From: Bacilli bacterium
GTDB lineage: Bacteria; Bacillota_I; Bacilli_A; RFN20; CAG-826
Direction: 5' to 3'
Length of the DNA stretch: 32,284 bases
Assembly (NCBI GenBank): GCA_024408305.1
Contig: JAKSVD010000002.1
Coordinates: 1-32,284, forward strand
The position numbers were made by a program, and so were the translations under genes. Positions 16,707-24,029 of this stretch are shown piece by piece (within the stretch, counting starts at the first letter, position 1; every line of letters starts with the position of its first letter). The notes under the pieces were generated by a model, which did not search any database, was not told the origin of the DNA, and saw only the letters and a list, made by a program, of their open reading frames with translations.

Positions 16707-16735
16707 ATTTTACGTTGTCATACGTATGTGTGCAA
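16707..16735 (-). promoter_or_regulatory. Promoter driving riboswitch copy 4
   Basis: Minus strand TTGCAC-17 nt-TAAAAT, about 10 nt upstream of AAAAGCAAA. Confidence 0.5.
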
Positions 16736-16778
16736 TAAATTTTGCGTGTGCATACCGTATGAACATTTAGGTTAGAGC

Positions 16779-17564
16779 CTATTCACATTCGTTTTCTTTC
16801 TTTCTCAATTGTTTTCTGTATCGGTAATATTTGTCGATTGAGATGTCCAAAAACTCGGAAACATCCCTATAAGTGGCCCTACCACTTTTTACCAATTCCT
16901 CAAATTCCCTAAATCTTTTTTCATCAACCTCTATTGGTTTGCGGCCTAGATACTTCTTTTCTAATTTAGCCTTATCCCTGCCATGTTTTAGCACTGTATT
17001 CTTGTATAGTGATGACTTCTGATACATTTTTCTTAGCAAAGAGAACGTTGTTTGTCTATTTTCGTCATCAATAATTTCACCTGAATAAAAGACATCGTTT
17101 CCTTTTGCTAATTCATCGAGGATACGCTTGATGATGGTTGGAATGTTATCAGTTGAGCTATCATCAATATCCACGGTCTTCTTTTCTTCATGTGGCAGGA
17201 CAATTAATTTGTCACCCGAATATCTTGTCTTAACCCTCATTAGATATTCAAGCGGGTTCATGTAGTCCATACCAACACTTTCAAGCATTTCCCAATAATC
17301 TTCACGATTCTCTTGTGGAACTCTTTCAGAAATGAAGACAGGAAGGACATTCTCTCTTACATAGACCTCTTTCCTTAGATCAAGGTTTAACCCAGGAATG
17401 CCTGCAAAACACTTAGGATCTACAATATCGATAACGCTGAAATTTGGTTTAAAAATATACTTAAAAGTACCATCCTCGTTCTCTATATGGGTGATGGAGG
17501 AAAGTCTATATATGATATTTTCATGTTCTACGCAAATAGAAGCGTTGGTGACAACACTATTCAT
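16779..17564 (-). CDS. HipS-like (HipA N-subdomain-like) domain fused to a C-terminal resolvase-type HTH (261 aa); candidate antitoxin/regulator
   Basis: GGAGG lies 8 nt upstream and the ATG overlaps the kinase stop by 8 nt. The N-terminal ~125 aa align by eye with E. coli HipA residues ~5-110 (DGTFKYIFKPNF vs GAHTFKYAPEW; VLPVFISERVP...NPLEYLMRVKTRYSGDKLIVLPHEE vs FDNLLPDSPI...PFDLLSEIGRDSVGAVTLIPEDE). The C-terminus 'GRKPIEVDEKRFREFEELVKSGRATYRDVSEFLDISIDKYYRYRKQ' has the HTH pattern of serine-recombinase C-domains. Confidence 0.75.
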   Translation of the reverse strand: MNSVVTNASICVEHENIIYRLSSITHIENEDGTFKYIFKPNFSVIDIVDPKCFAGIPGLNLDLRKEVYVRENVLPVFISERVPQENREDYWEMLESVGMDYMNPLEYLMRVKTRYSGDKLIVLPHEEKKTVDIDDSSTDNIPTIIKRILDELAKGNDVFYSGEIIDDENRQTTFSLLRKMYQKSSLYKNTVLKHGRDKAKLEKKYLGRKPIEVDEKRFREFEELVKSGRATYRDVSEFLDISIDKYYRYRKQLRKKENECE

Positions 17565-18426
17565 CTTTCATGCCTCCAATTAATTTTTCATATGAGCTAA
17601 GAAGTATCTTCTCATATCTGTGTTTCAACATCGTTTTATAAAAACTTTTTTGAATATCGCTAATGCATGATATTCCATCAATGAAGTTATAGATACGATC
17701 CATATTTAACCTATCCATAACCCACTTTAATTGTTCATTACACTTTTCAAATGATAAGGAAGATATTACCTCATAATAAGAACTCTTCTTGCCGTTGATC
17801 TTAATCTGAGAAGTCGGATATTTGTACACTCTATCGTTTATCTCTTCTTCGTTAGACAAAACATATAGCATCTCGTTTTCATCAACCATTTGTGGATATA
17901 AACATGACCCATTATCAAAGACCGGCGCCAAAGAATAAGAATTCCCCTTTTTGATAAAACCCCAATTTGCACCATGCCTATCGAAATTTCCGATCAAAGC
18001 GTCGACAATAAATACCCTGAAAAAGATATCTATTGCCTCCTCGACATCAGTGATTTTTATGTTCCTTTTGAGCAAAACAAGGATATCTTCATAAGAATAC
18101 TGATAATGTTCAACATCAGTTTCGATGGTTGATTCTCCTACTGCATTGAAGGGAATGAAGAAGGTATCGTCTAGAACAAAATCACGGCAGGCAACAACGT
18201 TTTCACCTTTATAAGTGCCTAGTTGAGTTTCGTGGACGTCAATGCCGATTAATTCAAAAATATGGCTACCAATATATTCCGAAATATGATTGTTTCTTCT
18301 CCCGAACTGAGTGCGGCTTTGAATTTTTAGCATGTATTTAACGCCATTATTTACGATACCGATTTTACGTTCGGAACCACCATACCTGATGCCGCTTAAT
18401 CTACAAGATGAGTAATCAATAACCAT
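17557..18426 (-). CDS. HipA-family Ser/Thr kinase core lacking the N-subdomain (HipT-like), 289 aa
   Basis: The track ORF starts at TTG 18462. I trimmed it to ATG 18426 because AAGGAGG lies 7 nt upstream. The P-loop-like 'IRYGGSERKIG' corresponds to HipA 'VAGAQEKTA'. The catalytic-core signature 'GNFDRHGANWGF...LAPVFDNG' corresponds to HipA 'GN.DRH.KN...LAP.YD'. Confidence 0.8.
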   Translation of the reverse strand: MVIDYSSCRLSGIRYGGSERKIGIVNNGVKYMLKIQSRTQFGRRNNHISEYIGSHIFELIGIDVHETQLGTYKGENVVACRDFVLDDTFFIPFNAVGESTIETDVEHYQYSYEDILVLLKRNIKITDVEEAIDIFFRVFIVDALIGNFDRHGANWGFIKKGNSYSLAPVFDNGSCLYPQMVDENEMLYVLSNEEEINDRVYKYPTSQIKINGKKSSYYEVISSLSFEKCNEQLKWVMDRLNMDRIYNFIDGISCISDIQKSFYKTMLKHRYEKILLSSYEKLIGGMKDE

Positions 18427-18492
18427 AGCATACCCTCCTTCACAATATGCTATATTCGACAAATTATATTTGCAATAGGTTATCTTTTATTT

Positions 18493-19107
18493 TTGCAAAT
18501 GGACATAAATGGATACACGCAACACTTGAAGTGCTATAGTGTTTTCATGAATATTGAGCTTCCATTTGAAAGAATACCTGCATCAGAAAATCCACTATCT
18601 GCGGATGTTATCGTCATAAAGCAAGGCGGAACTGCTTATATTTTTGATGTTGGCGAGTCGGATGAAGCATATGACTACATAAATCAAATCGAAGAGAAAA
18701 AGGTTGTTATCCTTTCACATTTCCATAGAGACCACTGCTTCAATCTTTCCCGCCTCAAAGTGGATGAAATTTATGGAGGAAAGGAAACCATTAAACACAC
18801 CAAAACCGGAGTGATTGTTAGAAGTGAAATTTCCTTATCGGATGACATAAGATTGATCCCGCTCCCCTCATCACACTGTAAAGGATGTATAGCTTTGCTA
18901 TATAAAGACTTCCTGTTCGTTGGCGATGCCTTATATCCAGGCATCGAAAAAGGCAATGAGAAATTCAATCCTCAGATCATGGATAACACGATTAAAACGC
19001 TTGAAAACATAGACTTCAAATATTTCTGTATCAGCCACAGAAAACTCTTCGTAAACCCAAAAGAGGCCATCATGAGATGGCTGTCTTTCACACGCGAACA
19101 TATTTAA
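18493..19107 (+). CDS. MBL-fold metallo-hydrolase
   Basis: It carries the 'VVILSHFHRDHCFN' (HxHxDH) motif. The start is uncertain: the track uses TTG 18493, ATG 18499 and ATG 18547 (MNIELPF...) are alternatives, and none has a good SD. Confidence 0.75.
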   Translation: MQMDINGYTQHLKCYSVFMNIELPFERIPASENPLSADVIVIKQGGTAYIFDVGESDEAYDYINQIEEKKVVILSHFHRDHCFNLSRLKVDEIYGGKETIKHTKTGVIVRSEISLSDDIRLIPLPSSHCKGCIALLYKDFLFVGDALYPGIEKGNEKFNPQIMDNTIKTLENIDFKYFCISHRKLFVNPKEAIMRWLSFTREHI

Positions 19108-19157
19108 TTTGTAATTTTTTATTCTCATTCACGGTAAAGATAGTACATAATATTCTT

Positions 19158-19406
19158 ATGATATTTGGAACACTTGCAATCATTGCTACTTTAGGCCTAA
19201 AAGTATTACACATGTTAGTAGGCCACTATAGACTACCATTAGGATGCGCAGTACTTCTTGGCATCGCAATCATCGAGGCCATCATCGAAGTGTGTGGTAA
19301 AAAGGGCTGGGTCAAATTCCTCGCAATTGGAATCACATCACTTGCAATCCTCGTTGTTGGATATTTTGCTATCTACCAGGGTCTTGGCTGGATTCCATTA
19401 GCCTAA
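19158..19406 (+). CDS. Small membrane protein (about 82 aa, 2-3 TM helices)
   Basis: The track ORF 19077..19406 overlaps the MBL gene end. An internal ATG at 19158 (MIFGTLAIIATLGLKVL...) begins the hydrophobic part. There is no clear SD, so the start is uncertain. Confidence 0.5.
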   Translation: MIFGTLAIIATLGLKVLHMLVGHYRLPLGCAVLLGIAIIEAIIEVCGKKGWVKFLAIGITSLAILVVGYFAIYQGLGWIPLA

Positions 19407-19423
19407 CTTAACATTGATGAATA

Positions 19424-19448
19424 ACGCGCCAGAAGGTGCGTTTTTTTA
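19424..19448 (+). terminator. Rho-independent terminator of the plus-strand MBL/membrane-protein unit
   Basis: ACGCGCC-AGAA-GGUGCGU followed by a U7 run. Confidence 0.75.
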
Positions 19449-19452
19449 TCTC

Positions 19453-19483
19453 ATAACAAAAGACCACCGATTGCTCGATGGTC
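19453..19483 (-). terminator. Rho-independent terminator of the lipoprotein operon
   Basis: Minus strand GACCAUCG-AGCAAU-CGGUGGUC followed by UUUUGUUAU, 8 nt after the stop at 19491. Confidence 0.75.
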
Positions 19484-19490
19484 GTAATTG

Positions 19491-21761
19491 TTAGGCTCTA
19501 GTTGCAACAGCGTTATAGATGTCATCTCCATAGCAACCCGAAACATGAATCGTTAAGGTGTCATTGTCCGGATTCCATGTAAAGACGTTCTCGTCATCGT
19601 CGTAATTAGCGAAATTGCTGACTGTTAGCTTATGAGTCTTTTCATCATAAGTGAACGTAAATGCATAGCCATTCCATGTGCCATTACCGTTCTCCTCGAT
19701 AACAAGGCTTACTGTGCTTGTGGTCCAATTGCCCGCGAATGATTTTGTTGGAGTTGATGGGGTGCTACCTCCGACTCTACTTAACACATCCGTGCAGCCG
19801 GTCTCGTAATATTCATCCCAAAGAACGATCTCCACAGTATCTGAACCTGCATTGTATTTGAAGTAATTATCCTCACCGTCAAATACAGTATGCGGATTGA
19901 TCTTTCCGATGCCAGTTGACTCGTCATAAGTGAATGTAAGCTTATGCGTTCCATTCCATGTCGCATTGCCATTGGCCTCTAATACCAACGTGTTAGATCC
20001 ATGTGTCCACGTTCCAACATACTTAGGTGTTTCAGCTGGAGCTTCCTTGATTGTGATATCTAAAGTCTTAGGAGTGCACAATCCAGTAGATGTTGAGAAA
20101 GTAATTGTGACAGTTCCTGCCTTTAGCGCCTCACCATACCAAACACCGCCGTCATTATAGACGCGCATGAGGGTCTCATCGCTTGATGCGACTGAGAATA
20201 ACTGATCGGCCTCAACAGGCTTCAGATTGGCTGTAAATGTTGTAATTTTGCCAACAGACATATTAATGCCTTCGCTGGATTTAATAGTATCGAATGATGT
20301 TGCGTCTGGCTTAACGCAGGTAACCACTACATCTTTAGCCTCACCAGTGGATTTTCTCTTAATGGTTAAAGTTGCCTGTCCTTCGCTTAAGGCATAATAG
20401 GTTGTATCAGTATCCTTCTTCTTTCCGATGATTGATGTATCGGAGGAGGAGACAATCTCAAAGTTTTCCTGGAGATAATCAACCGCATAGGTCTGAGAAG
20501 GTTCTCTAGCCTCGAACTGAATGTAATTTCCAACTAGTGCGACGTTATCTTCTTTTGAACCATACGTTCTAACGAAGTTCTGGTAATTGCTTGTCAGATG
20601 GAAATCAGACACTCCAACAGGGAGTTCCTTAGCCTTCGCGTCATGTTTGACATCAATTGAATATTCGTATGTATATCTGATGCCTTCAAAATCAGGATTG
20701 AAATATGCGGTATCCTTAAACTTAAGGTCAAGCAATTCACCCTGAGGATTGATGGTTGCCTCTAATGAGCCCTTATATGAATACTGATATCCATTCTCCT
20801 CGTGGCTGTACTTAATCTTGATAAGATCATCTTCAACAACCCCAGTGTATGATTTCGTGCCATTCCATTTCGATGGCTGTTCGACATATTTAAAAATCTC
20901 TTCAAATTCGCTGATTTCTCTAGCAATGCTCAGATATGTATCGTTTATTGATCCACCCGCTTTGCTATATTCATCACGGTAATCATATGTTGAGTAGGTA
21001 TGGTCTAATTCATAGAACTTATCCCCTTCAATTCCCTTAAAGCCTGCAATTGGAGCTGATTTTCCACTTGCGCTGTCGGAATGGGTGCCTGTATATGCAA
21101 CGTTTCCATCTTCCCCATAAACATATTGCTTTATCTCTTCGGTTACATTATTTAAAGAGGAATCTTCTTTGTATGTTGTGTACTTATAGTTATAGGTATA
21201 TCCACTTATGTTGGTGGTCTTCTCGTTGCTATCTTCAAGTAGCTTCTTTCCATCTTCCCAAGTACTTGGAGCGACAATTGGTTCTTTAACAGTGACCTCA
21301 AAAGAGGCTGATGCACCTCCACCATCTGCGGCTGTGATTGTGATTGTTGCCTTACCTGGAGCGTATGCATTAAGAGTCGTTCTAGATACATCCGCAACGC
21401 TCGGATTGCTTGATGAATAGGTAACCTTTGTGTTATCAGCGTTTTCTGGAGAAACACTAACACTTAATCTAACGGATTCATTTACCTCCATGACAGTTGG
21501 GGCATTATCAACAACGATGGATGAAACGTAAATAATCTGCTTCTCAGAAGATGAGCTAGATTGAATGGATTCACTTGATACAGCGCTTGAAACGGATGAT
21601 TCTACCTTGCTTTCTTCCTTAGATACTTGGCTAGAAGCCTCGCTATTTAAGCTAGATTCGCTAGGAGTTGGGGAGCTGCTTTCAGCTGGAGTGGTTGGTT
21701 TACCGTTACAAGAGGCTAAGACCAATGTTGCAGATACCAATAGTAAATATCTCTTATTCAT
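19491..21761 (-). CDS. Surface lipoprotein with a Ser-rich linker, Ig-like (Big_2-type) domains and two C-terminal ~85-aa repeats
   Basis: Trimmed to ATG 21761 (MNKRYLLLVSATLVLASCNG, lipobox LASC), 1 nt after the upstream stop. The Big_2-like segment reads 'MEVNESVRLSVSVSPENADNTKVTYSSSNPSVADV...GKATITITAADGG'. The repeats are 'GTWTHGSNTLVLEANGNATWNGTHKLTFTYDE' and 'GNWTTSTVSLVIEENGNGTWNGYAFTFTYDE'. Confidence 0.85.
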   Translation of the reverse strand: MNKRYLLLVSATLVLASCNGKPTTPAESSSPTPSESSLNSEASSQVSKEESKVESSVSSAVSSESIQSSSSSEKQIIYVSSIVVDNAPTVMEVNESVRLSVSVSPENADNTKVTYSSSNPSVADVSRTTLNAYAPGKATITITAADGGGASASFEVTVKEPIVAPSTWEDGKKLLEDSNEKTTNISGYTYNYKYTTYKEDSSLNNVTEEIKQYVYGEDGNVAYTGTHSDSASGKSAPIAGFKGIEGDKFYELDHTYSTYDYRDEYSKAGGSINDTYLSIAREISEFEEIFKYVEQPSKWNGTKSYTGVVEDDLIKIKYSHEENGYQYSYKGSLEATINPQGELLDLKFKDTAYFNPDFEGIRYTYEYSIDVKHDAKAKELPVGVSDFHLTSNYQNFVRTYGSKEDNVALVGNYIQFEAREPSQTYAVDYLQENFEIVSSSDTSIIGKKKDTDTTYYALSEGQATLTIKRKSTGEAKDVVVTCVKPDATSFDTIKSSEGINMSVGKITTFTANLKPVEADQLFSVASSDETLMRVYNDGGVWYGEALKAGTVTITFSTSTGLCTPKTLDITIKEAPAETPKYVGTWTHGSNTLVLEANGNATWNGTHKLTFTYDESTGIGKINPHTVFDGEDNYFKYNAGSDTVEIVLWDEYYETGCTDVLSRVGGSTPSTPTKSFAGNWTTSTVSLVIEENGNGTWNGYAFTFTYDEKTHKLTVSNFANYDDDENVFTWNPDNDTLTIHVSGCYGDDIYNAVATRA

Positions 21762-21762
21762 A

Positions 21763-23853
21763 TTACTTAACCCTTTCATAGGTGACGCCATCACCAACTA
21801 ATGTGTCGGTTGTAGCGTCGTATCTTAATTCGATTCTGGCGATGATTGGTGATGCATCAAGAATGATTGTGAAACCATCGTATTGGACACCTCCAAAATA
21901 ATCGACCTTCTTATCGACGAAATATGCGACTGCCGTACAATATTCATCGATTGTGACAACTGCCTTACCATTGGTCCATTTGCCTAAGAATGGTTCTCCC
22001 TTAATTGATGGGACCTCAACGTTTCCGTTATTAGGGGTTGCTAAATATTCAGCCGAATCAGAATTAACATCGTAACCGGTAAGCGTACCATCATCCTGGA
22101 GAGTGAATATCTCGTCCTCATATCCTCCAAGCGCAGCGCGGTAATTGCCTTGGTATTCGCCTAAGAACACATACTTGCCATTGAATCTATATTTGTATTC
22201 CGAATACGATCCATCCTTGCGTAACCAATAGAATGAATCCTCGGTGAATTTCCAGGTACCTGACTGGATCTTTGATTCGTAATACTGGCAGATAACGGTG
22301 TAATCGCCCACCAATGGATCAAGGTCTGCATATCCGCAGTAGATCGATAAATCACTATTGATTGGAGCATACCATCTCCACATGATTGTGGCGTTATCAT
22401 CGTAATATAGACCATGGAATGAGAATCCTTTTCTCTTTGGAGCCTGATAATAGAAATTAATCTGTGCAGAAATTGATGAATAATTACCCGCATCGATGGT
22501 GTATTCGTTTCCCTTTTCTCCACCGAAGTTAGGATTTACTTTGAGTTTGACCTTGTATTCAGGATTTTCTTTATTTAGAACAGGCTTTCCATCCTTAAAA
22601 TTCCAGGAATTTGTGGAGAAACCGATTCTCTTTAACAACTCTTCTGATACTTCTACCTTATTGTCTGCCGTATTCTTAACATCGCCCTTGATTGTGCCAT
22701 ATGTTGCATAATTCTCGTACATAGCGCATCCGGCAATGTCCAAATCGCTTTCATATAAATCGCTTGCAATGAATCCAGCGATATCACCTGAATACGACTT
22801 GTAGATAGATGATTTTGCAATTGTGCCATCAATATGGTTGACCTTTGCATAGTTTCCAATCAATGCGGATTCGTTCTTTGTGAATCCTGCGATACCTCCA
22901 ACATAAGCTGTATCTTCTTCGAATGATGCAAGCGTGTCTGATTCCACATAGCAGTTAACAATGGATGTGTAATATGACATAGACGCGCCAATGCCACCAA
23001 CATATAATCCGCCTTCGATATCTCCGACGAATGAGCAGTTATTGACCGCCATCAATCCGGTGTAATATCCAGTATCCATAACCGCAACGATTCCACCTTC
23101 TGCATCAACGACATCTGTTGCGTCTTCTAGATTAACAATGATGTCGCCAGTGACTGAGCAGTTCCTGATGTCCGTGTAATACATTCCATCATCATCTTGA
23201 GTTGAATCAAAATACGATGCTATGCCGCCTGCGTATAAATAAGATTTCTCGTTCTGGACTGTGACAACTTCGAATTTATTATAATTGACATGAACGTTCT
23301 GCACGCTGGAATTAGATGCGTATGCAACCGCACCACCTATTCCGTAGCTTGTTGATTTTCCTAAGACCTGCATATCAATTGTCATCTCAAGATTGAGGTT
23401 TGCGATCTTGCCCTTCTCCATCTGACCGATGAATCCGTAGAAGATCTGTGTCTTGCTAGATCTTGTGATTTCCAATCCCTTGATTGTGTGACCTGCACCA
23501 TTAAAAACGCCTTTAAACGATTCTTCCCCGGCACATACAGGAGTCCACTCTCCTTTGAATTCAATGTCGTTCTCTAACTGATAATGAACATTAGGCAAGG
23601 TGACCGTGTTGTTCATGAATTCGAGCAAATCATCTTTGGTTTTGATGAGATATGGTTTTATTGGTGTTCCGTTACCTGGGAGGTCTGCATTACCGATGAC
23701 ATCATCGTCATCATAAATCTGCTCAGACTTTGAATTAGACATTTCAGAGAAGTCGTTGACCTTTGAACTGTCTTTATCGTTTCCTGAGCCACCACAACCT
23801 GCAAGGATTGAAGTGATTGATAATAATGCAATCAATGTTGATTTCTTTTTCAT
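21763..23853 (-). CDS. Surface lipoprotein with GLUG-type repeats (beta-helix adhesin/protease-like N-module)
   Basis: MKKKSTLIALLSITSILAGCGG (lipobox LAGC), with AGGGGA upstream of the ATG. The N-module reads 'GNGTPIKPYLIKTKDDLLEF...FKGVFNGAGHTIKGLEI'. It contains repeated GGI[AVG] motifs (GGIASYF, GGIVAV, GGIGAS, GGIAGF). Confidence 0.85.
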   Translation of the reverse strand: MKKKSTLIALLSITSILAGCGGSGNDKDSSKVNDFSEMSNSKSEQIYDDDDVIGNADLPGNGTPIKPYLIKTKDDLLEFMNNTVTLPNVHYQLENDIEFKGEWTPVCAGEESFKGVFNGAGHTIKGLEITRSSKTQIFYGFIGQMEKGKIANLNLEMTIDMQVLGKSTSYGIGGAVAYASNSSVQNVHVNYNKFEVVTVQNEKSYLYAGGIASYFDSTQDDDGMYYTDIRNCSVTGDIIVNLEDATDVVDAEGGIVAVMDTGYYTGLMAVNNCSFVGDIEGGLYVGGIGASMSYYTSIVNCYVESDTLASFEEDTAYVGGIAGFTKNESALIGNYAKVNHIDGTIAKSSIYKSYSGDIAGFIASDLYESDLDIAGCAMYENYATYGTIKGDVKNTADNKVEVSEELLKRIGFSTNSWNFKDGKPVLNKENPEYKVKLKVNPNFGGEKGNEYTIDAGNYSSISAQINFYYQAPKRKGFSFHGLYYDDNATIMWRWYAPINSDLSIYCGYADLDPLVGDYTVICQYYESKIQSGTWKFTEDSFYWLRKDGSYSEYKYRFNGKYVFLGEYQGNYRAALGGYEDEIFTLQDDGTLTGYDVNSDSAEYLATPNNGNVEVPSIKGEPFLGKWTNGKAVVTIDEYCTAVAYFVDKKVDYFGGVQYDGFTIILDASPIIARIELRYDATTDTLVGDGVTYERVK

Positions 23854-23993
23854 AAGTTATATCCCCTAACTTACGTTCGACTAACGTATACGCGTAATAT
23901 TAATACTAATTAGAAAAAAACTAACTCAATAATTTGACTTTTTGTATTTTGAACATTTTTAAAGATAATCCTTACAAAATAGCAAAATAATAT

Positions 23994-24022
23994 TTGAACT
24001 TATTAAAGTTCGTGGTTATAGT
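23994..24022 (+). promoter_or_regulatory. Promoter of the large ncRNA
   Basis: TTGAAC (23994..23999)-17 nt-TATAGT (24017..24022). It sits exactly at the transition from ~18% GC spacer (11 of 60 bases in 23941..24000) to the GC-rich block. Confidence 0.5.
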
Positions 24023-24029
24023 AATGCTC

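Noticed and set aside
6813-16735. Shared motif GCACA(C/U)(A/G)UACG in promoters 2, 3 and 4 as a transcription-factor site
   Set aside because: Its position relative to the -10/-35 hexamers differs between copies: 1 nt and 4 nt before the -10 in copies 2 and 3, and overlapping the -35 in copy 4. Copy 1 lacks it. It is more likely a remnant of cassette duplication or alternating Pu/Py spacer composition.
16779-17564. Serine recombinase or mobile-element call based on the resolvase-type HTH
   Set aside because: Only the C-terminal HTH is present. There is no N-terminal catalytic domain (no S-R-x-x-Q-type motif), and no inverted repeats or att-like sites flank it.
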